Shown here piece after piece: positions 1-9,659 of a stretch of DNA of 64,000 bases. The stretch lies in NCBI GenBank assembly GCA_963666315.2, contig CAXXHG010000008.1:142969-206968 (forward strand). The letters run 5' to 3'. This DNA comes from Candidatus Binatia bacterium. Lineage in GTDB: Bacteria > Desulfobacterota > Binatia > Bin18. Each line of letters begins with the position of its first letter. The stretch's first letter is position 1. A model generated the notes under the pieces. That model did no database searches. It was not told the DNA's origin and saw only the letters and a list, made by a program, of their open reading frames with translations. Position numbers and translations under genes: made by a program.

Positions 1-95
1 CGCTCCTGCTCCGCCTGGTAGACCTCCGGGTCAGTAAATACGCGAGGGCTGACTGTTCGTTGCTCAAGATCAACGAGATTGCTCCAATCCGTCAT
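1..95 (-). CDS. Rieske ring-hydroxylating dioxygenase alpha subunit, N-terminus (runs off window)
   Basis: Manual translation from ATG at 95: MTDWSNLVDLEQRTVSPRVFTDPEVYQAEQE, a typical RHO-alpha start; AAGGAGG RBS upstream. Confidence 0.75.
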   Translation of the reverse strand, partial: MTDWSNLVDLEQRTVSPRVFTDPEVYQAEQE

Positions 96-177
96 AGCCC
101 CCTCCTTACATATTTCGTGTTCCTAAAACAGTTTCCGCCACTTACACTGAGGGTTAGGCAATACGCATTAGATATTG

Positions 178-225
178 ATTGAGCGCTTGCTCAATGCTAT
201 ATACGGGCACCGATAAGCTTGTCAA
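178..225 (-). promoter_or_regulatory. sigma70-like promoter plus palindromic operator, copy 1
   Basis: Minus strand TTGACA-16bp-TATATA; palindrome ATTGAGC-GCTT-GCTCAAT at 178-195; identical palindrome at 29380-29397. Confidence 0.75.
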
Positions 226-352
226 GACGAAGTGCCTCTGCCGTGCCTATGTTGACAACACCTAAGCCGACGATCCGCTGCCGGGTTCTCTTACACCTAC
301 GATCCTCAGACAGGTTGTTGTGTCGTTGTGAAATTGAAAGGAGGATGAGCAA

Positions 353-880
353 ATGCCAAGAAAACCACGCCGGGTCATCACCGGTCATAATGCTCAGGGT
401 AAATCGGTCGTGCTGTTCCACGATGAGCCGCCGCACGGTGGCGGTCCGGCGACCGAAATTTGGGCCACCGAAGAGACACCTGCTCGCAATACGGACAGCC
501 GCGATGCGTCGGACCGGCCCGTTCGGCTGGAGCCGCCCATTGGCGGGTCACTGTTTCGCTACTTCCAGGTTGCGCCGGAGTCGGCCACTGCTCACCTGGA
601 CAAGGAGGCGCACGCCAAGCTCGTGCGCGATATGTTTACCAGCATTGGGGCTGAGGGCGTGCTGGTTGATACCAGCCGGCACCCGGCAATGCACACGACT
701 CGGACCATGGACTACATCATCCTGCTGTCCGGTCAGGTGACGCTGCTGCTGGACGAAGGCGAGGTCGAGCTTGAACCCTTTGACGTGGTGGTTCAGCGCG
801 GCACCAATCACGCCTGGGTCAACCACGGCAGCGAACCCGCCCTATTAGCTGGAATCTTGATCGACGCCGAGCCCATCTAA
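353..880 (+). CDS. cupin domain protein
   Basis: MHTTRTMDY...QRGTNHAW cupin motifs; GGAGG RBS; paralog at 18381. Confidence 0.85.
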   Translation: MPRKPRRVITGHNAQGKSVVLFHDEPPHGGGPATEIWATEETPARNTDSRDASDRPVRLEPPIGGSLFRYFQVAPESATAHLDKEAHAKLVRDMFTSIGAEGVLVDTSRHPAMHTTRTMDYIILLSGQVTLLLDEGEVELEPFDVVVQRGTNHAWVNHGSEPALLAGILIDAEPI

Positions 881-979
881 GGCGAAGCACCTACGGACAC
901 AGATGTGACTGGTGGGGGATACTCAGCATTCTGTCTCAGTCAGCCGAGCCCCGCCGGCACACCCAGAGAGGGGGACTGT

Positions 980-1432
980 ATGGACGAACAGCTGCACATC
1001 AAGGTCGAAGCTCTGTGGGCCCGAGAGATGATTAAGGAACTTACCTACGCGTATGGGCGATGTATTGAGCGGCAGGATGCCGAAGGGATGGCTCAGCTCT
1101 TTACCCAGAATGGAGAGGTAGACTTTAGCGATCTGGACAGAGGGGTGCATGCTGGCCATGCGGCCATTAGCGCGTTTTATATCACTACTTGGCCGCTTCG
1201 GGTTCGTCCGTTCTTTAGCAATCATGTCATTGAACTGCCAGGCGAGGGAAAAGCGCGCGGGACATGTTGTTTTGAGAACCGAGGGGTGCAAGGTGAAGAG
1301 AGTATGATAGGCGCGGGGCGGCTGCACGATGAGTATGAGAGGGTAGGGGAGGACTGGAAGTTTCGCTCGCGGCGAGTCGAGATCTTCTATTTTGTCCCTT
1401 TGAAAGAGGGCTGGGCCAAGGTGCTGAAATAA
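980..1432 (+). CDS. SnoaL/NTF2-like family protein
   Basis: AREMIKELTYAYGRCIE, LFT.NG, RLHDEYERVGEDWKFRSR; RBS before ATG 980. Confidence 0.8.
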   Translation: MDEQLHIKVEALWAREMIKELTYAYGRCIERQDAEGMAQLFTQNGEVDFSDLDRGVHAGHAAISAFYITTWPLRVRPFFSNHVIELPGEGKARGTCCFENRGVQGEESMIGAGRLHDEYERVGEDWKFRSRRVEIFYFVPLKEGWAKVLK

Positions 1433-1542
1433 GACGACGGTGCGATCCTCCCGGCCGTGGACGCACAGCGCCGTATAGCGTCGTATCGTCCACCAGTCGA
1501 GTTGCGCTACCGCTCATCTCTGTCTATTTGCTACCGGAGGAC

Positions 1543-1604
1543 CATAATGACCGTTATCAGCCGCACTTTCAGTCCCGCAACATTGGCTGATGAGAGGGAT
1601 TCTC
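1543..1604. repeat. 62-bp repeat copy A with dif-like core
   Basis: 50/62 identical by hand alignment to 13370-13431; core CATAA-N6-TTATCAGCCG. Confidence 0.65.
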
Positions 1605-1633
1605 AGTGAGCAAGCTCCGTTTGTAGGCGGCAG

Positions 1634-1825
1634 CTAGTGCAGCTCCAGAGCACCTCTTTGGGAATAGCAATTCCCTCGTCCCTGTGGGGAGAGGGCGTCG
1701 TCCACGGAGTGGACGCGGGTGAGGGGCATGGAATGAGATTTCACCCACCCTCACCTCATTCCTCTCCCGCCAGTGGGCGAGGAGGCAAAGCGGATTCCCA
1801 AAGAGGTTGGCTGTTTTTGCACTAG
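1634..1825. mobile_element. MITE with ~32-bp imperfect TIRs, CTAG at both ends, containing REP-like palindromes
   Basis: Left end CTAGTGCAgctcCAGagcACCTCTTTGGGAAT vs reverse complement of right end CTAGTGCAaaaaCAGccaACCTCTTTGGGAAT; internal GGGGAGAGGG/GGGTGAGGGG/CCCTCACC/CCTCTCCC units. Confidence 0.7.
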
Positions 1826-2134
1826 GTCAGTTCAGTGAGGAGCGCCTTAGCATCTTTGAGGTCTTGGGTGTCAAAGCCTTCGGTGAACCAGTTGTGGACT
1901 GGGGCAAGCAGCTCCAGCGCTTCTGCTCGTTTCCCTTGCTGCTGCCACAGCCGAGCGAGGCTGGTGGCGGCCCGGAGTTCCCAGGATTTGGCTTCCTGTT
2001 TTTGAGCAATCGCAATGGCCTTCCGAAAACACGCCTCCGCTTCTCCAGCGTTGAACGTTGAACCACCGACAGGTCTCCCCTCACGAACCTGGAGAGATAA
2101 GAGCAGGAAATAGGCAGAAGGACAACTCAACGCG
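1822..2134 (-). pseudogene. cyclase-AAA-TPR remnant 1: upstream motif joined to 3' tail
   Basis: [33 protein letters not shown]...[18 protein letters not shown]; motif GAGTTGTCC-N12-CCTGCTCTTATC at 2134-2089. Confidence 0.85.
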
Positions 2135-2249
2135 GGGGGGGACGCTAGACTGTGTACGCTCAATCTCGTTGTATTGTGATCATCAACAGGGGCCTTTACC
2201 GGGGACTGTTGCCCCGCCAGCTGGTTTCTTCTTCGGTCTTGCACGATCG

Positions 2250-3014
2250 TTAGTAATGAACCCGCCCGCCATCAACGTTGAGCGTTTGCCCGGTCATAAA
2301 GTCGCTCGCATCAGACGCCAAAAAGATGACCGTCCCCGCTACGTCAGCCGGCTCTTCGTTCCGCTTGATAATCTGCCTCTTGACCGATTGCCGCCGGAAC
2401 CGCTCAAAGGTTTCCCGATCGAGTATCGTCTTGCTCGCTTCGGTCATCGTGTGGCCGGGGGTGACGGCGTTTACATTAATCCCCGTCCCCGCGAGCTCTC
2501 GCGCCAGCGCGCGGGTGAGGGAAAACACCGCGCCTTTCGAGGCCACATAATGTAACACAAACGGATCACCGGCCCAGATGGTACTCGACGAAATATTAAT
2601 GATTTTGCCTTTTCCCTGGTCCTTCATCGTCGGAACGACCGCCTTACAGCACAGCCACATGCCTTTGACATTCACCTCCATCATCCGATCCCATTCGGCT
2701 TCCGAGATCTGATCGAACGGGCCGACCGTTAGGCCTCCGTACAACGCCGCATTATTGACCAGGATGTCAATCCGGCCAAAACGCTCGAGCGCCTCGGCGG
2801 CCATGGCTTCGGTGCTCTGGGCGCTCGTGACATCCGTGGTCACCCCGACCACCTCTCCCCCGGATTCCCGGACTTTGCTGACCGTCTCCTCGCACGACAG
2901 GATGTCGGCGGCGATCACCCGCGCGCCCTCACGTGTGAAGGCGCAGCAGTATTCCTGCCCGATCCCACGCGCCGCCCCGGTCACGATGGTCACTCGCCCG
3001 GTCAGTGATGCCAT
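2250..3014 (-). CDS. short-chain dehydrogenase/reductase (SDR)
   Basis: TGAARGIG, DILVNNA, YVASK, GQTLNVDGG; own AGGAGG RBS before ATG 3014. Confidence 0.9.
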   Translation of the reverse strand: MASLTGRVTIVTGAARGIGQEYCCAFTREGARVIAADILSCEETVSKVRESGGEVVGVTTDVTSAQSTEAMAAEALERFGRIDILVNNAALYGGLTVGPFDQISEAEWDRMMEVNVKGMWLCCKAVVPTMKDQGKGKIINISSSTIWAGDPFVLHYVASKGAVFSLTRALARELAGTGINVNAVTPGHTMTEASKTILDRETFERFRRQSVKRQIIKRNEEPADVAGTVIFLASDASDFMTGQTLNVDGGRVHY

Positions 3015-3075
3015 AGCAATCCCTCCTTTCCGTGCACTTGCCATAGCACCTCGGCCAGACCAGACAAGGGGGAAT

Positions 3076-3435
3076 GAGGTCGGCCGTGTCAAAGCCTTCG
3101 GTGAACCAGTTGTAAACGGGGGCGAGCAGCTCTCTCGCTTCGGTTGTCTTCCCTGCTGCTGCCACAACCGAGCCAGGCTGGTCGCGGCGCGGAGTTCGAG
3201 CGACTTCGCACTCCGCTCGCGGGCAACGTCGAGGGCTTGGTGGAAGTACTGCTCGGCTTCTTCTTCGACCTTCGACTCAGGCCCTTCGACTTGGGACTGT
3301 AGCGTCAGCTTCCCCTTGAGCCGATATAATTCAGCCTCCCAATATCGGTCGCCATGGTTGGGGTGAACCGTCATAGCCTCCTCTAGGGCCGTCCATCCTT
3401 CTTCATATCGTTCCGCGTCAATATAGGCTTCAACC
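3076..3435 (-). pseudogene. cyclase-AAA-TPR remnant 2 (C-terminal TPR part, frameshifted, truncated)
   Basis: [13 protein letters not shown]...[20 protein letters not shown], frameshift, then [18 protein letters not shown]. Confidence 0.85.
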
Positions 3436-3567
3436 TCTAGACCGATGCGCACGAGAGTCCGGTATTTTTACCTGGCACGGATCGAGCGGGCATCCATAGG
3501 CAGGATGAAAATCTTGCCGTCCAGCAAAGAGGTAGACTATGCAACTCAACTCGCTTATCCCTAACTT

Positions 3568-3813
3568 TCACACTGGTACCGAAACCCTGGGCCGGTCACA
3601 GCTCTTAATATGGTCTTGGATGAATGTCTCTCCTTTTTGCGTAAGTTGAAACGGACTCTGCGCGTTTTTATGTTCCTCAATATAGTCATGTGCAACTAAA
3701 TATTCCGTCGCCTCTTTCCGCCGCCGCTCCCCTTTAAACCAGTCGCGGGTCCTCCTGCCCTTCTGCAATGCACGGAGTATTTCCAAACTGAACAACGTCT
3801 GCACCAAGTCCAT
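3568..3813 (-). CDS. small winged-helix-like hypothetical protein
   Basis: L..HDYIEE...FQLTQKGETF wing pattern; GGAGGAG RBS. Confidence 0.5.
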   Translation of the reverse strand: MDLVQTLFSLEILRALQKGRRTRDWFKGERRRKEATEYLVAHDYIEEHKNAQSPFQLTQKGETFIQDHIKSCDRPRVSVPV

Positions 3814-3994
3814 TGCTCCTCCCAGTGAGTGGGGTGACTGTCAGCCAGCAGTCCTTGCTCACCCTCAGTGTGCAAGAGTGACGATCAGCGGCACGGCACC
3901 GGCCTAGTTTTTCACGGTTGCCGAAAAACGGCGCGCGCTGGCACAATGTTCTGGCGGCACGGATCGGGCGGGGAATCGTGCTATTCAACACCGT

Positions 3995-4219
3995 ATGAAA
4001 ACACACCTACCGCTTGTGGCTTTCACGTTCTTCATTCTGTGGAGGATTGAAGAAGGGAAAACGCGTAACCCGACGGCCGCCTGGATACCCGCTTCGACCT
4101 ACACCGACCTGGCTCAGTGCCAGCAGAAATCCACGGAACTGAATAAAAATAAACCTGCCCAGCATCCTCGCCGCTACGTCTGCCTGCCTGACACAATTCA
4201 ACCCCCCGCACCTACGTAG
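3995..4219 (+). CDS. small, possibly secreted, hypothetical protein
   Basis: Hydrophobic N-terminus, two Cys, C-terminal YVCLPDT. Confidence 0.45.
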   Translation: MKTHLPLVAFTFFILWRIEEGKTRNPTAAWIPASTYTDLAQCQQKSTELNKNKPAQHPRRYVCLPDTIQPPAPT

Positions 4220-4239
4220 CAAACATCCCCCACACGGCT

Positions 4240-4682
4240 GTGGCTCCCCAGAATCACTGCTCCCGCGCTTCTTCTCTTACCCCCGCTGTCTTGCATCCGC
4301 CGGCGCAATCGAGAGTGCGGAGTGGTATCGTAGTCGAGAACGCGGTGATACCCTATCGGATCATGCTCCCTACGCACCTCACCGCACAGCAACGGCTGTG
4401 GGCGGCGGTCCTCGATAATGCCGTCATGAGCCTTGAACAGCGCGGCATCTTCAGCTACGGGAAAAAATACAACGTAAGACACCAGAAGCGGAAACTGCGG
4501 GACGAGTCGCTGACCTGGCTCAAAGCGGACCTCACCACCCCGGCAGCTTTATTTTTGTCTGTGACACCTTGCATATTAATCCCAACTTCCTGCGCGCGCG
4601 GCTGCTGAAGCACTTCGCCGTGGTACCCTGGAACGCGAAAGCGAAAGGAGCCCCACTGCGCACCCGCGTCAATTTATCGTGA
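4240..4682 (+). pseudogene. hypothetical protein, frameshifted near 4540
   Basis: QRLWAAVLDNAV in one frame continues as SFIFVCDTLHINPNFLRARL in another frame. Confidence 0.45.
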
Positions 4683-5105
4683 CCTCCGCTCTCCCCTTAG
4701 CCGAACCGACACAAGGGTTCACTCCGGCTGTTTACCCGACAGACTCCAGCCCCTTCACTACAAGAGGGAGATCTCGACCTAACAATTCACGCCTTTCTTT
4801 CCAGCGCTTCCGAAATAGGGGGATTTTTCTCTAAACGACGAAAAGTTCTCGATTGCTCTCGGAACCCCGACGAGACGAAAGCGTACATTATAGGAGCAAT
4901 TTGGCAGTAACGAATATTCCCCCTTTGCGCATGTGGCCAGAAAGTCACGGTTTCGAGAGAGTGAAGTGTTTACGCTCATCTACGTCTGACGATGTGGCGC
5001 TACGTCAATTTTAATGCAGAACGACATTGGTAACGACAGCATACAATCCACGCGGGCGTCGGGTGCGGCTTTAACTCCCTCCGTAATCACGATGTCCCGC
5101 AATCT

Positions 5106-5139
5106 GGAGGGGCGGGCGGCTTACGCCGCTCGCCCCTCC
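5106..5139 (-). terminator. GC-rich hairpin downstream of the FGE/CLec gene
   Basis: GGAGGGGCGAGCGGC-GTAA-GCCGCCCGCCCCTCC, 14/15 stem pairs, 17 bp past the stop; no U-tract. Confidence 0.5.
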
Positions 5140-5156
5140 CAAAGTCCACAGGGCCA

Positions 5157-6446
5157 CTAGCGGACGCAACGAAAACCGATACTGCTGTTCGCGTCCGACG
5201 GCTCGCTGATCCCGACGACCGCAAACACGCCGGCAGCCGTGCCGTTGCCGAAGTGGCCGCCGCGGACCAGGGCGCCGGGACCACGGGTTGTTCTCGCGCC
5301 ACCCATTAAATTGACATCCTCTGTCCCATCGAACACGGCAGGCACAGCCCTCGTAGACGCCGGCCCCCAGTCGGCAACCCACTCCCACACATTCCCCACC
5401 ATGTCGAACGCCCCCCAGGCCGACACGCAGTTCGCTCGTGATCCGGTCCCCTCCGGCACAGCTGACATGGTTTTGCAGTCCTCCCCTCCCGGCGTGTCGC
5501 CCGGATCGGGTGTCCCAGCCGCTGCCGCCTGCCTCTCCGCATTGCGCAACAGCCGCTTGCCTGCATTCACACACGCCTGCTGGGCTTGAAACCAGGTGAT
5601 GAAGCGGGCGGGCAGGGCGTCCTTCCGGCTCACCGCATAGATCATGTCCTTGCAGTCATTGCCCGTATCTGCGCACGGATAATCATCCTCCGTTACCCCA
5701 TATTGCATCCCCGTGCCCTCCGCGTTCGCCCACACCGACGCCTCGTACGTGTCCACACACACCGCCCCGACTGCCATCATGTCGGCCGGACACGCCTCGT
5801 CCGGACACGTCCCCCCGCTTGGCACGCCCATCCCCGAGGCCGAAATCGCGAAGCTCTGGGCCGCCTGAGCCCAGTCGACGCGGGTATTCTCGCCCGCGAC
5901 GGGAAAGTCATCGATCGTGCATGCGCCCGCTAAGTCGGTCAGAAAGAAATTCGGGGCCGCCGCGCCCGACAGAACGACGATGTCGATCATCCGCTGCTCG
6001 ACCATGGTGTCGTTGACATAGAGAGTGATCGTTTCCGGGCCGGCCCGAACCGGGTTACGTTCGTGGTAATCCCCCAGCCATTATTGTCCCCCAGACACGG
6101 CCCGCTCGCACTCATGTTGGTGTCCGGGCGGAACGTGCCGACCGCGGCGCGCTCCCGCGGGTTGATACCGATCTGAATCTCCACCACGGTGCCCGTGCGC
6201 ACCGCCATGACGGCCGGATCGCAGGTCCAGCCTCGAAACAACACGACCCCACTGAGCGTCTGGACCGGGGCTCGCTGCCGGCACTTCCCAGGTCCCCACG
6301 AGGGGATCAGGCAATGTGGGTTGCCCCAATGATGTAGGTGGGACGGCCAAAACAAAGCCGAAAACGGCCACCGCTCTGACCAGCCACGAACAAAGTGAAG
6401 GCTGTGTGTTCCAGCTGTTGAGCAAACCTCTCGCTGTGACCCTCAT
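5157..6446 (-). pseudogene. secreted protein with C-terminal SUMF1/FGE-sulfatase (CLec-fold) domain, two frameshifts
   Basis: DMVGNVWEWV, RGG, IGFRCVR; signal-like N-terminus and GWTC/DNNGWG domain split over ORFs 6081-6638, 5987-6355 and 5157-6005. Confidence 0.7.
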
Positions 6447-6646
6447 GGGATACGCGCCGGGCAAAAACTCGTGCCAGAACCACGAGGCAACATCCTCTGC
6501 CGTTCCTGGGTTCTGTGCTTCCCCTGCAGCCGCAGGCCGGAGACCCGCGACTGCCATGCCGGTTCCCCCCCTCCACGGGAAGCCGAGGAGGAAAAATCTG
6601 GCAGCTGCTAGTACCGCCCCGCCGGTTGGGCCGACCACGGGCGACG

Positions 6647-7971
6647 TTAGGCCGCCAGTGCCGCGGCCGGCGCGCTGCCATCTCGAGCGCGGATCCCGGC
6701 ATACACGGCAGGCAACAGGGCGCGCCCCTTGAGCGTGCGAAAGGTGGACTCCGCCACTTGCAGGAGTTTCCAGATCAGCGCCGTGGCGTTCTCAACTTTC
6801 TTAAAGCGTTTGGCTGCGGTGGTGCGTAATCGGACGGCGGCAAACGGCGACTCCACAATGTTCGTCGTGCGCAGATGGACCGAGTGCTCCCTGGGGGTCC
6901 GGTAGAAGGTCACCAAGCGCTCCCAATCTGACTCCAAGCGGTCCACAGCTTTGGGACAGAGGGGGTGATAGCGCTGACGAAACTGTCCCTTTAACGCTTC
7001 ACAGTCCCGCTGCGTATCCGCATACGGCATGGCTCGTAGGAGTTGACTCGCTTCGGGCTGGTATTTCTTGGGGATAGCATCCAAGATGTTGAGGAGCCGA
7101 TGATTCCAGCACCGCTGCTCGGCCAGCGGGGGATACTGGTCCCCCAGCGCCGCCCATAAGCCCAAGTGCCCGTGGGCAATCGCGCATCGCCACGCTTTCA
7201 GCCCCCGCTTGCGCAAGTCGCGCAAAATCATCACCCAGGACTCTTTGGATTCCCGCACCGCACTCTCCACGGCCAGCACGACCTTCTGGCCATTTGTGAG
7301 CGCCCCAATCATCACCAATAGCGCGGCTTTCGTGTCCTCTAACCCGGCTTTGACATACAACCCATCAGCCCAGATGTAGACCACTTCGAGGTCATCGAGT
7401 CGCCGTTTGTTCCAGGCTGCATACTCCTGTTGCCACCGGGCTTTGAGTCGTACCAGAGAAGAGCGGGATAAGGGCGCACCATCGCCAAGCAACCCCCGTA
7501 AGGCTAGGTCAAAGTCGCCTAACGCCAACCCATGCAAGTATAACTCAGGCAGCAACTTGCCCACCTGCTGGGTATGGCGTTTGAACATCGGGAGGACTCG
7601 ACTTTCAAGGCGCTCTGGCAAGTCCCGCACTCGTGGACGGCGCACTGTGATTGTCCCCGCTGGCGTTGCCAACCTCCGTGGCTTGCAATGGCCGTTGCGA
7701 TAGCCCACGGACGCCGGGCGAGTCTTCCGCTGAACGGACTTGGGACGCCCCAATAACTCAGTGACTTCTTCTTCCAGCAGGGTTTGGATGAACTTCTGGA
7801 TATGTTCTCGGACATACTCTTCCAGGTGGTCCCAGGATGGGCGAGACGATGACTGTGACGATGTGACTGGCCGTGTCATGGTGGCTCCTCTTTACACTCC
7901 AGGGCCAGTTAGGTTTTATCCTGAGAAGGATAGGCCACCTGGTGCGTTTACACACCATCCGGTATTACCTC
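6647..7971 (-). mobile_element. IS256-family element, transposase 6647-7879, probably defective
   Basis: GYRNG, LPELYLHGL, WADGLY, QRCWNH, RTTNIVES; left end GAGGTAATACCGGATGGTGTGTAAAC at 7971-7946; no matching right end; IAHG where IADG is expected. Confidence 0.85.
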
Positions 7972-8151
7972 AAAAACCAACCCTAGTTCCTCAAGCGTCC
8001 GCAAGCTGTGGCTCGCATTCCCCTTCTCCTCTTTCAAGGTACGCCCAAGCTCCTGATGCTCCCCTGCTACGACCCCATCCGTGCGCTGTCCGCCTTCCAC
8101 CAACCACCAAAGGATATGTTTCTGTAACTGTGAGAGCCGCCGTGCTGCCAT
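7948..8151 (-). pseudogene. small HTH-like protein truncated by IS256
   Basis: LSQLQKHIL...KGNASHSLRTLEELGLV; last codons EVIPDGV* come from the IS end. Confidence 0.55.
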
Positions 8152-8231
8152 ACCTTTATGGTGCTCCTTCCAGCCGAGGAGAAGATTAATTACAACAATG
8201 GTACCCGGTTGGTGATGTTCGCGGGAAGAAG

Positions 8232-8393
8232 CTATCGCTGCTCGTGCTCCGCGCGCACCCGTTTTGCTTCTTGCCGTTTCTTCGCTTCGTGCATCCGGTT
8301 CTGCCGCGCCTGCTTCGTCTGCTCGTGCTGTTGGTGCATCTCCTTGCGCTGTTCTTCCGGGTGACGCCGCTGCACCTTAGAAAGTTTAGGCAT
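8232..8393 (-). CDS. small charged hypothetical protein
   Basis: GAGGAG RBS then MPKLSKVQRRHPEEQRKEMH..., 53 aa, manual translation. Confidence 0.35.
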   Translation of the reverse strand: MPKLSKVQRRHPEEQRKEMHQQHEQTKQARQNRMHEAKKRQEAKRVRAEHEQR

Positions 8394-8625
8394 GGTCTCC
8401 TCTCTCTCTGCCTGTTTGACTCATCCTCTGTTTGCACCAGAACCCAAGTGCTCTCCTGGAGCCTTTCACTGCCTCGATTGTGTTTCCAAGTCTTTGGTGC
8501 AACGTCTTTGTCTCTTCCATACAGACGGTTGACCCCTGCTCGATCACTTTATCGACCCTCAATCATCTTTTGCATAACAAACCGCACGGAACGCCGACCA
8601 CCACTCAGCCCTTATCTGGTTGATC

Positions 8626-9464
8626 GGTATTGTCAACTAATCGGGGGACTTGCCCAACGTTGGTTGTCTGTGTCGTAACGGGGCGTGGCTTCACGTACCA
8701 CAGGTCTGTATCGAAAGCATCGGTTTCCGCCCGAAATTATTGCCCACGCCTTCTGGCTCTACCATCGCTTCAGCCTCAGCTTTCGCGAAGTCGAAGAACT
8801 GTCGGCCGAACGGGGGGTGTTCGTTAGTTACGAAGCGGTCCGCCTCTGGTGTCTCAAGTTTGGCCAGACATCCGCCAAGAAGTTACGCCGCAGACGGGGC
8901 CGACCAGGCGACATCTGGCATCTCGACGAACTGTTCATCCATATCCGAGGGGAGCGCTACTACTTATGGCGCGCTGTGGATAAAGATGGCCAGGTTCTCG
9001 ATATTCTGATGCAGAAACGGCGCAATACTAACGCCGCCAACCGCTTCTTTCGCAAGTTATTGAAGGGGTTAGTGTAAGTGCTCAATCAACTGGTCATCGA
9101 TAAGCTCCGCAGCTATAGTGCTGCTCACCGGATCCTGCTCCCCTCTGTCCAGCACTGCACGACCCAATACGCCAACAATCGTGCCAAAGGGTCCCACCAA
9201 CCCACCCGCCAGCGCGAACGACAGATGCGCGGCTTCTAATCTCTGCGACATGTACAACGGTTTCTTTCCGTCCACGGATCTATCAATAATCTCTTTCGGA
9301 TTGGACGCCACCTGGTGAGGGCTGTCCATTATCGGCTGTGTCGGGAACGAGCGTTCGCCACGTGGCGAGACGTGACAACGGCTCTCGAAACAGCGTAAGG
9401 GTAGATTACATCCGACCTCACACTACGTGAGGTTCGTGCTTTGTCTTGATAACTTGACAGAACC
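8626..9464 (+). mobile_element. IS6-family element with inactivated transposase (8685-9398)
   Basis: IRs GGTATTGTCAACTAA / GGTTCTGTCAAGTTA; HRFPPEII, WHLDE, YLWRAVD, DKLRSY, NNRA..SHQPTR; in-frame stops at ~9075 and ~9237. Confidence 0.9.
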
Positions 9465-9608
9465 TCGGCCCCACCTGAAAACCCGGGCTATCCTGCGGCT
9501 TCCGACTCCGCCGATAATAGGGCCGTGACCATCTCTGGAACGAAATCCTACTCTAAGGAGTGGGTCTCGCAGGCATAAATTCCTTCATTCCTGTGAACCC
9601 CGTTACGG

Positions 9609-9636
9609 AAGAAGAGGCGGCCTGCCGCCTCTTCTT
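9609..9636 (-). terminator. hairpin terminator
   Basis: AAGAAGAGGCGG-CCTG-CCGCCTCTTCTT just downstream of the amidohydrolase stop. Confidence 0.6.
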
Positions 9637-9659
9637 ATCTAGTTTGTAAACACGGTTTT

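Noticed and set aside
2250-3452. Apparent 400-aa TPR-SDR fusion in the ORF track
   Set aside because: It arises from a frameshift in the cyclase remnant; the SDR has its own AGGAGG RBS and ATG at 3014.
3469-3522. DGKIFILPMD..SIR on the - strand, resembling a P-II C-terminus
   Set aside because: Only about 17 codons, too short to call without a search.
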